From Gemmatimonadota bacterium (GTDB lineage: Bacteria > Gemmatimonadota > Gemmatimonadetes > Palauibacterales > Palauibacteraceae), in contig JBHHZD010000009.1 in the NCBI GenBank assembly GCA_046757885.1, positions 1,779 through 65,778 of the forward strand: a DNA stretch of 64,000 nt, given 5' to 3'. Each line of letters begins with the position of its first letter. Position 1 is the stretch's first letter. Under the pieces are notes generated by a model, which was not told where the DNA came from, made no database searches, and worked only from the letters and a program-made list of their open reading frames with translations. Positions 53,938-64,000 of this stretch are shown one piece after another. Made by a program: the position numbers and the translations under genes.

Positions 53938-55370
53938 CGGCCGCGCGCCGTCTCGAGACCGAGGACCGGGAGGCGGCGTCCGGACCCGGAGCCTCTCCGT
54001 CGCGATCCGGCCGCCGGGGGCGGCCGCGGCGCCTCCCGCGTGACGCCGAGCAGGCGAGCCGCGAGATCGAAGTCGTGGGCCGCCGTCACCTCCGCCTCCA
54101 CGAGAGTGCCCGGGGCGAGACGGACGTCCGATTCGAGCCAGGTGAGGCCATCGACGTCGTCGGCCTGGCCTGTCGTGCGGCCCACGAGGCCGGAGCATTC
54201 CGCGAACGGCCCCTCCCCGTCCTCTCCGTCACGGTCCACCAGCACCTGGCACCGGCGTCCGACCTCCCGGCCGAGTCGATCGGAGCTGATGGATCGCTGG
54301 ACCTCGAGCAGCTCCTCCAGGCGCTCCCGTCCCACCGCCTCCGGCACGGCCTGCGCGCGCAGTGCCTCCGCCCGGGTGCCGGGCTGGCGCGAGAAGGCGA
54401 AGGCCCCGAGCCGGTCGAACCGGACCTCCTCGAGAAAATCCAGCAGGGCGCGGAAGTCCGCCTCGGTCTCGCCCGGAAACCCGACCATCACGGTCGTGCG
54501 CAGGGTGAGCCCGGGGATCGAGTCCCGCAGCCACCGGATCTTCGCCCGCAACCGATCCTGCCTCTCGGGGCGCCGCATGCGCTCGAGCACCGGATCGCTC
54601 GCGTGCTGGATCGGCATGTCGAGGTAGGGGAGCACCCTGGGCTCGGCCGCCATCAGCTCCACGAGCGGCTCCCGGATCCCGGCCGAGTAGATGTAGAGCA
54701 GCCGGAACCACGGGATTTCGGTGCCCTCCAGGAGCCGCCGCAGGAGCGCCGTGATGTCCGTCCCGTCACGGCGGTCTCGCCCGAAGTGGGCCAGGTCCTG
54801 GGCCACGAGGTTCAGCTCCACGACCCCGCGCGCCTCCAGGCGGGCCGCCTCCTCGACGAGGGCCTCCGGCTCGAAGGAGCGGTGCCGGCCGCGCCAGAGG
54901 GGGATCGCGCAGAACGCGCAGCCGTGGTCGCACCCCTCGCTCACCTTGAGGTAGCTCACGTGCCGGAGGCGCCCGAGGGGAAGGCGCGTGCCGGGGTGCT
55001 CCTCCCCGCCCCCGTCCAGGAGGCCGCGGGCCTTCAGCTCGGGCACGAGACGCGGGAGATCGGACAGGCCCAGGAACAGGTCCACTTCGCCCAGCTCCCG
55101 CTCCAGCTCCGGCCGATAGCGCTCCACCAGGCAGCCGACCGCGACGAGCGCCCGGCAGCGCCCCTCGTCCTTCCAGCGGCCGAGATCGATGAGGGTGTCG
55201 ATGGACTCCTGCTTCGCGGCGTCGATGAAGCCGCACGTGTTCACGAGCAGGATGTCCGCCTCGCGAGGGTCCTCCGTGGGCTCCGCCCCCTCCCCGACGA
55301 GAGCGGCGAGCATGCGCTCGGAATCGACCGTGTTCTTGTCACAGCCCAGACTCACGAGCCCGAGCTTCAT
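53934..55370 (-). CDS. rimO: Ribosomal protein S12 methylthiotransferase
   Basis: MKLGLVSLGCDKN...VNTCGF UPF0004 domain, radical-SAM CDHGCAFC, C-terminal TRAM domain. Confidence 0.9.
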   Translation of the reverse strand: MKLGLVSLGCDKNTVDSERMLAALVGEGAEPTEDPREADILLVNTCGFIDAAKQESIDTLIDLGRWKDEGRCRALVAVGCLVERYRPELERELGEVDLFLGLSDLPRLVPELKARGLLDGGGEEHPGTRLPLGRLRHVSYLKVSEGCDHGCAFCAIPLWRGRHRSFEPEALVEEAARLEARGVVELNLVAQDLAHFGRDRRDGTDITALLRRLLEGTEIPWFRLLYIYSAGIREPLVELMAAEPRVLPYLDMPIQHASDPVLERMRRPERQDRLRAKIRWLRDSIPGLTLRTTVMVGFPGETEADFRALLDFLEEVRFDRLGAFAFSRQPGTRAEALRAQAVPEAVGRERLEELLEVQRSISSDRLGREVGRRCQVLVDRDGEDGEGPFAECSGLVGRTTGQADDVDGLTWLESDVRLAPGTLVEAEVTAAHDFDLAARLLGVTREAPRPPPAAGSRRRGSGSGRRLPVLGLETARGR

Positions 55371-56059
55371 CCCTCGAACACGTCGGCGTCCGCGGGGGGC
55401 GTGAACCGGAAGACCGAGTCGGGTATCGCGGCGTTGGGCTCCAGGTCGCGGAGGATGACCGTGCGCACGGTCTCATTCCGTTCCCGGATCTCGAACTTCC
55501 GCACGAGGGAGCTCTCCACGCCCACCCACACGCGGACCCGCTCGTAGGGCGACGCCCCCGTGGGCGTGAGCACGATGAGGCGGGTCCGGGTTCCGGCCAC
55601 GTCCTCGACGCCCCCATCCTCGGCCACGTACCCGTCGTGCGCTTCCTCGAAGATCCGACCCTGGAGGTCCACCATGCCGGATCCGGTCACGTTCGCATCG
55701 ATCCCGCTCCGGATGACCTGTCCCGGATGGGTGCTCGGGTAGTAGAGCCAGAGGTGGGAGCCGTCCGCGACGATGAGGTCGCCCTCCGGATCCCGGAAAT
55801 CCATCTTGAAGCGGCCGCGGCCCTTCTGGTACCAGGTCCCCGTGCCCGAGCGGCTGCGTCCGAGCAGAGGCACCTCGATCGTCTGATCGAACGTCGCCCG
55901 GAGGGACTCGAGCGATCGGTAGACCCGCTCCGCCCGCTCGAGCACGGACTCGATGTCGCCGGGCCCGGAGGCCGTCGTTTGCGCCGCCAGCCGCGGCGCG
56001 ACCGACCAGACGGCGGCGCACGCGAGGAGCGGCCCGATCCGCTGGCCGTTCCGTCGCAT
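55367..56059 (-). CDS. lolA: Outer-membrane lipoprotein carrier protein LolA
   Basis: The stop overlaps the rimO ATG (ATGA). Signal peptide, then L.A.F.Q...........G....KG.FKMDF..PEG.LIV.DG..LW.Y motifs. ATG at 56059, with an alternative at 56083. Confidence 0.8.
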   Translation of the reverse strand: MRRNGQRIGPLLACAAVWSVAPRLAAQTTASGPGDIESVLERAERVYRSLESLRATFDQTIEVPLLGRSRSGTGTWYQKGRGRFKMDFRDPEGDLIVADGSHLWLYYPSTHPGQVIRSGIDANVTGSGMVDLQGRIFEEAHDGYVAEDGGVEDVAGTRTRLIVLTPTGASPYERVRVWVGVESSLVRKFEIRERNETVRTVILRDLEPNAAIPDSVFRFTPPADADVFEG

Positions 56060-56186
56060 CCGGGCTCCGCCGGGGCCTGTCATCGCGATCCGGTGCACCT
56101 GGACCTCCGTCCCGCCCGCCTCCGGGCCGTGGGGGCTTCCTCTCCCCGGCCAGTACCCGGCCCGACCATCCGCCGTTCCGGCGGCC

Positions 56187-58499
56187 TCAGGCATCCGCCT
56201 CGTCTCCATCGGTCCCCGCGTCCCCGCCGGGCGGCTCCTTTCCCCGCATGGCCGCGAGCTGATCGAGCCCGATGAGGACCTCGCGCGGCCTGGACCCGTC
56301 CGGCGGGCCCAGGACGCCCGCATCCTGAAGCTGGTCTATGATTCGCGCCGCGCGGCCGTATCCGATCTTCAGCCGCCGCTGCAGGAGGCTCGTGGATCCC
56401 GACTCGTTCGTGATCACGATCTCCGCCGCCTTCCAGAAGAAGGGATCCCAGTCGCCCTCGATCGCCTCCGCCCCCGTCCCCGCCTCTTCGGCCTCCCGCT
56501 CGCGCATGACCTCGAGGATGTCGGTCTCCCCCGCGTCCGCCGCCTCGGCCCGGTCTCTCGCCGCCGCCTGCTCGCGGTACCACGCGAGGAGACGCTCCGT
56601 GTCGTCCGTCGCGATGAAGGCGCCCTGGATCCGGATCGGGTCGGACTCGCCGGGCGGCAGGAACAGCAGGTCGCCGTTGCCGAGCAGGCTCTCGGCGCCG
56701 TTCTGGTCCAGGATCGTCCGGCTGTCCGTCTTCGAGGCGACCCGAAAGGCGATGCGACTCGGGAAGTTCGCCTTGATCAGGCCCGTGAGCACGTTCACGG
56801 AGGGGCGCTGGGTCGCCACGACGAGGTGGACCCCCACGGCGCGGGCCTTCTGGGCCAGCAGGGCGAGGGGCGTCTCGACCTCCGCCTGCACGGTCATGAT
56901 GAGGTCCGCGAGCTCGTCGATGAGAAGCACGATGTACGGCAGCGTCCCCTCGTCGTAGTCCGACCGTCCCCAGTCCTTCGGCGTGCGGATCTCTTCTCCG
57001 CGGCGGATCCGCCCGTTCAGCTCCACGATGTTCCGGCACGCGTTGGCCGAGAGCAGTGCGTACCGCCGGCCCATCTCGTACACGGTCCATTTCAGCAGGG
57101 TCGCCGCGTCGTGATTGTCGGTCACCACCGGGTGCCGCAGGTGCGGCAGGTCGTTGTACACGATGAGCTCGACCATCTTCGGATCCACCATGAGCAGGCG
57201 AAGGTCCCGCGGCGAGTACCGATAGATGAGGCTCGTGATGATCGTGTTGATGCAGACGGACTTTCCCGAGCCCGTCTGGCCGGCGATGAGCAGGTGAGGC
57301 ATGCGCGCGAGGTCCGCGCAGTAGGGGCTGCCCGACAGGTCGCGTCCGAGGGCCAAGGGAAGGAGGGCCCGCGAGCCGCCGTACGTTGGCGTCTCCAGGA
57401 TATCGCGCAGGTGCACGATCTCGGGCTCCGGGTTCGGAACCTCCACCCCCACGGCCCCCTTGCCCGGAATCGGGGCCACGATCCGGACCGATGGCGCCTT
57501 CAGGGCCAGGGCGAGGTCGTCCGCCAGGGCCGCGATCTGCCCCACCTTCACGCCCGCCGCCGGGATGACCTCGAACTGCGTCACTACGGGTCCCGTCGTC
57601 CAGCCCCCGATCCGCCCGTCCACCCGGAAGGTCGCGAGCTTGTCCACGAGCACGCCGCCCAGGTCCCGCAGGGCCCGCTCGCTCAGACCCGACCCGCTGC
57701 GGGCCGACGACGTGAGGAGATCCAACGGCGGGAGGGTCGTGAGGTCGAGATCTCCCGGATCCGCCGACAGAGCGGGGCGCGGTTCCGAATCCTCGGCGGG
57801 ACCGGGTGGCGGGACAGATTCCCCATCCTCGACCGGGGCCTCCTCCGTCGCTCCGATCCCGTTACGGGCCTCCTCCTCCAGGCTCTCCCACGGCGAGGCG
57901 GTCTGCTCGCCCGTCCGTTCCCGCCACCGTCCGATTCGCGACGACAGGCCCCGGCTCACGGCGCCCGAGGCGGCGCGAAGCGATGCGGCGCCTCGCGACC
58001 CCAGGCGCACGGCGCCCCCCGCGCTCCGCACGGGCGAGAAGCCGATCGTGAGCACGGCGAGGGCGAGCAGGGCCGAGGCGACGATGAGCCCGGCGCCCAC
58101 GGATCCGAAGGCCGCCGACAGCCAGCCGCCCGCCGTGACGCCGAGCCAACCCGCTGCCCCGCGGGCGGCGTCGTCGCCCAGGAGCCACCACCCGATCGGA
58201 ACGAGGAGGAGCAGCCCTCCGAGAAGGGCCGACCAGCGCGCGGCGCGGCCCGTCCCGACGACGCCCAGGAACCGGAGACCCCACACGAGGGCCGGGAGGG
58301 CCGCGGCGAAGGCGATCCAGCCGAAGACGCCTACGAGCCATCGCTCGAGCGCCGCACCGGCGGGGCCGATGAGGTTTCGGCCCCCGCCCGGAATCCCGAG
58401 CGCCGGGCCGCCCACGGCGAGCAGGACCAGGATCCCGAGCGCCGTGAGACCCACACCCAGCGCCTCTACTCTCTGCCGTTCGTCGAGCCACGCGCTCAC
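56187..58499 (-). CDS. ftsK: DNA translocase FtsK
   Basis: GTG at 58499 overlaps the upstream stop (GTGA). N-terminal TM helices, a Pro/Glu linker, the motor domain with Walker A GQTGSGKS and LLIDELADL, and a C-terminal gamma wHTH (LLQRRLKIGYGRAARIIDQL). Confidence 0.9.
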   Translation of the reverse strand: MSAWLDERQRVEALGVGLTALGILVLLAVGGPALGIPGGGRNLIGPAGAALERWLVGVFGWIAFAAALPALVWGLRFLGVVGTGRAARWSALLGGLLLLVPIGWWLLGDDAARGAAGWLGVTAGGWLSAAFGSVGAGLIVASALLALAVLTIGFSPVRSAGGAVRLGSRGAASLRAASGAVSRGLSSRIGRWRERTGEQTASPWESLEEEARNGIGATEEAPVEDGESVPPPGPAEDSEPRPALSADPGDLDLTTLPPLDLLTSSARSGSGLSERALRDLGGVLVDKLATFRVDGRIGGWTTGPVVTQFEVIPAAGVKVGQIAALADDLALALKAPSVRIVAPIPGKGAVGVEVPNPEPEIVHLRDILETPTYGGSRALLPLALGRDLSGSPYCADLARMPHLLIAGQTGSGKSVCINTIITSLIYRYSPRDLRLLMVDPKMVELIVYNDLPHLRHPVVTDNHDAATLLKWTVYEMGRRYALLSANACRNIVELNGRIRRGEEIRTPKDWGRSDYDEGTLPYIVLLIDELADLIMTVQAEVETPLALLAQKARAVGVHLVVATQRPSVNVLTGLIKANFPSRIAFRVASKTDSRTILDQNGAESLLGNGDLLFLPPGESDPIRIQGAFIATDDTERLLAWYREQAAARDRAEAADAGETDILEVMREREAEEAGTGAEAIEGDWDPFFWKAAEIVITNESGSTSLLQRRLKIGYGRAARIIDQLQDAGVLGPPDGSRPREVLIGLDQLAAMRGKEPPGGDAGTDGDEADA

Positions 58500-59238
58500 G
58501 TCACGTCCTCCCGGGCGCGAGCGTCCGCCACGAGCCCGCCGTTCACGAGCACGGGCACCGTCTCGCTCGCGTCGAGCTCCGCGCAGAACGCCAGGTCCGC
58601 CCCGAGCCCGATGTCGGTGAGGGCGGCGCCCGCTGCCGTGCGGGACAGAAATGCCTCGTCCGGGGCCCCGAGCGCCGGGCCGAGGGCTGCCGCCGACCGT
58701 GCTCCATCCGTCAGCTCGCAGACGGACTCCCCGTTCGTCAGGGCCTGCACGAGCAGACCCGCGCACAGCGCGTCCTCGAGGCTCACGCGCCCCAGGCGGC
58801 CCGCGCAGGCCACGATCGTCGGACGGCCGGCCCGCCGCACGGCGTCGGCGACGGCGGCGAGGTTGCGGAAGCACCCGATGAGCACGGCCTCCGCCTCGCC
58901 GGCTCGTCGCATCGCGACGGTCCCGTTCGTCGTGCTGCAGATGAGGGTGGCCCCACGAACCGCATCGGCACCGTACTCCAGGGGCGAGTTCCCGAGGTCG
59001 TATCCCTCGATCCTGCGTCCCTCCCGCTCGCCGCACAGCAGCACGTTCCCTCGGCCCAGCGAGTCCGCCATGCGCAGCGCATCCTCCGTGGACTCCGCGG
59101 GTATGGCGGTTCGCGCTCCGGCCTCCAGCGCCGTGAGGATGCTCGTCGATGCCCGCAGGACGTCGATGACGACGGCCGTCGTCCCCTTCCAGACCACTCG
59201 CTCCGCCTCGCCGGGCGTCCACAGCACGTCCACGCGCA

Positions 59239-59239
<1 letters not shown>
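58496..59239 (-). CDS. comB: 2-phosphosulfolactate-phosphatase-family protein (ComB-like)
   Basis: ATG at 59239 shares 1 nt with the accC stop (TGATG). 247 aa. VVIDVLRASTSI... and ...TNGT motifs typical of the family. Confidence 0.75.
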
Positions 59240-60579
<1,340 letters not shown>

Positions 60580-60585
60580 GACGGA

Positions 60586-61068
60586 TCAGGACGATCCGTC
60601 CGGCTCGACCCGGAAGAGCACCTGGCCGAACTCGACGGGCTCCGCGTTGTCGGCGCAGATCTCCCGGATCGTGCCACCGATCTCCGCCTCGAGCTCGTTC
60701 ATGAGCTTCATCGCCTCGAGGATGCAGAGGGTCTGGCCCTTCCGGATCGTGTCGCCCGTCTCCACGTACGGGGGGGCATCGGGCGCCGGAGCCCGGTAGA
60801 ACGTGCCGACCATGGGCGAGACGACGTCCACGAGGCCGCTCTCCGCCGTGGGGGAGGAGGAGGGTGGAGCCGACGCCGCCTCCCGGCCGGCCGTCGCCGC
60901 CGGAGGGTCGGCGACCGGAGCCACCGGGCCTCCGGCCCCATCCAGCAGCTGCACGATGGGGGACTTGGAGATGCGGATCCGGGTCCCGAACCGGGAGATC
61001 TCCAGCGAGTCGATTTCCGCCTCGTCAACCATGTCGATCAGGCGACGGACCCAGTCAAGATCGATCAT
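60586..61068 (-). CDS. accB: Biotin carboxyl carrier protein
   Basis: The ATG overlaps the efp stop (ATGA). Pro/Ala linker. C-terminal lipoyl-like domain with the EAMKLMN biotinylation motif. Confidence 0.9.
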   Translation of the reverse strand: MIDLDWVRRLIDMVDEAEIDSLEISRFGTRIRISKSPIVQLLDGAGGPVAPVADPPAATAGREAASAPPSSSPTAESGLVDVVSPMVGTFYRAPAPDAPPYVETGDTIRKGQTLCILEAMKLMNELEAEIGGTIREICADNAEPVEFGQVLFRVEPDGSS

Positions 61069-61631
61069 TTCGCAACCCGTTCAAGGTACTTGTCCACCGT
61101 CCGGTCCACCTTGATCACGTCTCCCGTCTCGATGAACAGCGGAACCTGGACCACGGCACCCGTCTTCAGGCGGGCGGGCTTCGTGCCCCCCTGGGCCGTG
61201 TCGCCGCGCACACCCGGGTCGGTCTCGACGACCTCCAGCTCGACGAACTGCGGGAGCTCCAGGGCGAGGACGGTTCCGTCCCGGGTCAGGCCCTCGCACT
61301 CCATGTTCTCCTCGAGATACGCGAGCTGATCGGCGCCGATCGTCTCCGCGGACAGGGGAATCATCTCGTACGTCTCGAGATCCATGAAGTAGTGGAGGTC
61401 ACCATCCCGGTAGGAATACTGGATCGGACGCCGCACGAGCCGGACTTCCATCACTTTTTCGCCGGCGCGGAAGGTCCGGTCGATCACGGCTCCGGACAGC
61501 ACCGACTTCAGCTTCGAGCGGACGAAGGCGCCCCCCTTTCCGGGCTTCACGTGTTGAAAGTACGTGATCGTGTACAGGGTGCCGTCCAGCTCGATCACCA
61601 TCCCGTTTCGAAAGTCAGATGTATCCGCCAT
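61065..61631 (-). CDS. efp: Elongation factor P
   Basis: ATG at 61631, 188 aa. FRNGMVIELDG..Y.I..FQHVKPGKGGAFVRSKLK is a canonical EF-P N-terminus. Confidence 0.95.
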   Translation of the reverse strand: MADTSDFRNGMVIELDGTLYTITYFQHVKPGKGGAFVRSKLKSVLSGAVIDRTFRAGEKVMEVRLVRRPIQYSYRDGDLHYFMDLETYEMIPLSAETIGADQLAYLEENMECEGLTRDGTVLALELPQFVELEVVETDPGVRGDTAQGGTKPARLKTGAVVQVPLFIETGDVIKVDRTVDKYLERVAK

Positions 61632-61672
61632 TCCGCCTTTTCTCGCAGAGCTTCCGGCCGATTCGCGCCGGC

Positions 61673-62782
61673 TCAGAGTTCGAGGAGCTCTCTGGCGGCG
61701 TGCGTGAGCACCCGGCCGCCCTTCGCTTCCACGAGGACATCGTCCTCGATTCGCACGCCGCCTCGCCCCGGAAGATATGCACCCGGCTCGACCGTGACCA
61801 CGTTTCCCTCCCGGAGGACGTCGTCGGAGCGCGAGTTCAGGCCCGGGACTTCGTGGACCTCGAGGCCGATCCCGTGGCCCGTTCCGTGTCCGAATGCGTC
61901 TCCCAGCCCATCCGCCTCCAGGCTCGTCCGCGCGGCTCGATCCACGTCGCGAGCCGGCGCGCCGGCTCGCAGGACGGCGAGCGCGGCCTCGAGGGCCTTC
62001 GACACGGCAGCGTGCAGCTCCCATTGCCAGTCGCTCGCGGGCCCCACGACGAACGTGCGTGTGATGTCCGAGGCGTATCCGTGCACCGAGGCCCCGAAGT
62101 CGAGAAGGAGCAGGTCGCCCGCCTCGATCCGCCGGGCCGATGGGCGAGCATGCGGCAGCGACGTTCGGGGCCCGGACGCCACGATGGTCTCGAACGGCAC
62201 GGGATCCGATCCCTGGAGCCGGAGGAGGTACTCGAGGCGGGCTGCGACCTCCCTCTCCGTCATGCCCGGCCGGATCTCGGGCAGGAGCGCGGCGAGCGCC
62301 CCGTCCGCCAGGCGGGCGGCCCTCGCCATCGAGCGGATCTCCGCCCTCTCCTTGACGGAGCGCAACGTGCCGACGGGATCGCCCGCCGGCTTCCAGGCCA
62401 CGTCCTCGCAGGCCTCCTCGAGGCGCGCGCGATCGGCCACCGTGAGATGCGCATCCTCGAAGCCGAGCCGCAGTCCCCGCCGCCCGTCCCGGAGGACGGA
62501 CGCGAGCGCGGCGTAGGCGCTCCCCTTCCGGACGTGTACGGTAACCTCCGGAGCCACCTCGGCCCCTGCCTGCTCCGCGTAGCGGGCATCCGTGACGAGG
62601 GCGGCTTCCTCCGGCCTCACGAGCAGGAGGGCGCTGGAGCCGCTGAATCCGCTCAGGTACCGGACGTTGGGCCCGTGCGAGATCAGGTAGCCGTCGAGAC
62701 GGGCATCCACGGCCGGAGACCTGAGCGCCTGCAGCCGCCGGCCGTGATCCGGCCCCGCCGGACGGTCTCCGCCCGCGCTCAC
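61673..62782 (-). CDS. M24B Xaa-Pro aminopeptidase (aminopeptidase P family)
   Basis: GTG at 62782. Creatinase-like N-domain plus the pita-bread domain with DFGA...GY.SD.TRT, HG.GHG.GLEVHE and EPG.Y....GGVRIED metal ligands. Confidence 0.9.
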   Translation of the reverse strand: MSAGGDRPAGPDHGRRLQALRSPAVDARLDGYLISHGPNVRYLSGFSGSSALLLVRPEEAALVTDARYAEQAGAEVAPEVTVHVRKGSAYAALASVLRDGRRGLRLGFEDAHLTVADRARLEEACEDVAWKPAGDPVGTLRSVKERAEIRSMARAARLADGALAALLPEIRPGMTEREVAARLEYLLRLQGSDPVPFETIVASGPRTSLPHARPSARRIEAGDLLLLDFGASVHGYASDITRTFVVGPASDWQWELHAAVSKALEAALAVLRAGAPARDVDRAARTSLEADGLGDAFGHGTGHGIGLEVHEVPGLNSRSDDVLREGNVVTVEPGAYLPGRGGVRIEDDVLVEAKGGRVLTHAARELLEL

Positions 62783-62794
62783 CCGAGAGGTCCT

Positions 62795-63235
62795 TCAGGC
62801 CGTCCCGGCCAGGTGCCCGACGAGCGCCTCGAGCCCGAGGAGATAGCTGTTCGCCCGAAACCCCGTGATGACCCCGACGGCCAGATCGGCGAGCACGGAA
62901 CGGTGCCGAAACGCTTCGCGCGCGTACACGTTCGAGAGGTGGACCTCCACGAAGGGTCGTCCGGTCGCCTCCAGCGCATCGCGAAGCGCGACGCTCGTGT
63001 GCGTGAGGGCGCCCGCGTTCACGAGCCAGCCGTCCACGGAGGCGCTCTCCCCCTGCACCCACTCCACGAGCTCGCCCTCGTGGTTCGACTGAAAGCTGAC
63101 GACTTCCGCGTGCAGGCCCTCCGCCCGGCGCCGGATCGCGGCATCGATGTCCGCCAGCGTGTCCGTGCCGTAGTGCTCCGGCTCGCGCTCGCCCAGCCGG
63201 TTCAGGTTCGGCCCGTGCAGGACGCCGATCCTCAT
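62795..63235 (-). CDS. aroQ: Type II 3-dehydroquinate dehydratase
   Basis: [23 protein letters not shown]...[11 protein letters not shown]...[15 protein letters not shown]...VEVHLSN is canonical AroQ. The ATG overlaps the upstream stop (ATGA). Confidence 0.95.
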   Translation of the reverse strand: MRIGVLHGPNLNRLGEREPEHYGTDTLADIDAAIRRRAEGLHAEVVSFQSNHEGELVEWVQGESASVDGWLVNAGALTHTSVALRDALEATGRPFVEVHLSNVYAREAFRHRSVLADLAVGVITGFRANSYLLGLEALVGHLAGTA

Positions 63236-64000
63236 CGAGGCTCCCTCAGCCGTCGAAGCCAGCGCTCGAGGACGGGACTCGGCCCGGACCCCTCGGGGGC
63301 CGCCTCCTCCTCTCCGCCGATTCCTTCCGCCCCCGCCTGGCCCGCGAGCGTCTCCCGCACGGCCTCGAGCCGGTCGCGGAGCTCCGCATCGTCCGGCGTG
63401 TCCTTGAGCAGCTCCGCGTAGATCTCCGCCGCCTCTTCGAACAGGCCCTGGCTCGCGTACAGCTCGGCCATCGTCCGGGTGAGCATGTCCGCGTCGGGCG
63501 AGGGCTCGAAGGCCTCCGGCTCCGCGGTCGCAGACCCCGGAGCTGCCCCGGCGCCCTCCGGCGCCTCTGACGCCTCTGACGCCTCCGGTTCGCCCAGCAC
63601 CGCCCCGAAGGCCTCCGCGCTGAAGGTCTCGGCCGCGTCGCCCGACCCGGCATCCCCCACGGCGTCCAGGACCGCCCCGGGCTCGCCCTCTCGCACGGGC
63701 CGCGCCTGGGTTCCGCCCAGCGAAGGATCGAGCGCGAGGAGCCGCGCGTACGTCTCGCGCGCCGTCTCCGGATCTCCGCGCTCCTCGGCGATCTCGGCCA
63801 GGGCGCGAAGCGCCACGAGGTTCTCGGCGTCGAGAGCCAGGACCCTCTCGAACGACGCGACCGCCTCGTCGATCCGCCCCAAGTCCCGGAAGGCTCGCGC
63901 GCGCACGATGTGGGCGCTCGGATAGTCCGCGTGGCGCTCGATCCCGGCCGCGAGGATCTCCAGGGCCCGGTCCGGGTCCCCGGCCTTCCGATGCGCGTCC
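63232..64000 (-). CDS. TPR-repeat protein, C-terminal part (5' end outside window)
   Basis: The frame stays open to the window edge (...[45 protein letters not shown]...). TPR-like helices, an acidic Glu/Ala/Ser/Pro low-complexity middle, and a second TPR-like helix pair. Confidence 0.7.
   Translation of the reverse strand, partial: DAHRKAGDPDRALEILAAGIERHADYPSAHIVRARAFRDLGRIDEAVASFERVLALDAENLVALRALAEIAEERGDPETARETYARLLALDPSLGGTQARPVREGEPGAVLDAVGDAGSGDAAETFSAEAFGAVLGEPEASEASEAPEGAGAAPGSATAEPEAFEPSPDADMLTRTMAELYASQGLFEEAAEIYAELLKDTPDDAELRDRLEAVRETLAGQAGAEGIGGEEEAAPEGSGPSPVLERWLRRLREPR

Noticed and set aside
63563-63588. Tandem 9-nt repeat GCCTCTGAC GCCTCTGAC GCCTCCGG
   Set aside because: It encodes an EAS/EAP low-complexity repeat inside the acidic linker of the TPR protein. 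Only ~2.7 copies are present, so it is ordinary coding microsatellite-like redundancy.

Overview
High-GC (roughly 70% by eye) bacterial chromosomal segment, densely packed with about 60 protein genes on both strands. I saw no rRNA, tRNA, CRISPR array, transposase, integrase or phage genes. Lnt, LolA and outer-membrane beta-barrel genes indicate a diderm host; the phylum cannot be assigned without searches. All family names come from motif recognition in the translated ORFs, not from database hits. The ORF track writes M for GTG/TTG starts and, because stops are rare at this GC, contains many long antisense or out-of-frame shadow ORFs. I trimmed starts using Shine-Dalgarno sequences and start/stop overlaps. 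Content: the glyoxylate shunt (aceB-aceA); a 16-kb co-directional minus-strand run (TPR, aroQ, aminopeptidase P, efp, accB, accC, comB-like, ftsK, lolA, rimO, spoIID, OMP, Gfo/Idh/MocA, lnt, class-V aminotransferase) held together mostly by 4-nt overlaps; a redox/stress set (ferritin, OsmC-like, msrB, trx2, peroxiredoxin, persulfide-dioxygenase-like MBL-rhodanese); and several conserved modules of unknown function (LemA-DUF2207, DUF1800-DUF1501, SdpR-SdpI, GMC oxidoreductase plus TPP enzyme, Rieske-GltS fusion plus trpF, GCS2-CBS ligase plus AstE-like deacylase). The most unusual observations are: (1) an OsmC-family gene with an in-frame TGA exactly at the first catalytic Cys position, either candidate selenocysteine or a nonsense mutation; (2) C10 and C14 homopolymer tracts inside the GCS2-CBS gene; (3) two promoters 8 kb apart with identical TTGAC(A/G)-N17-AATA(T/A)T-N10-TCTAAATAT architecture; (4) a 1-nt frameshift in a LolA-like gene. 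I found no clearly novel multi-gene system such as a defence island; the candidates are listed as hypotheses.
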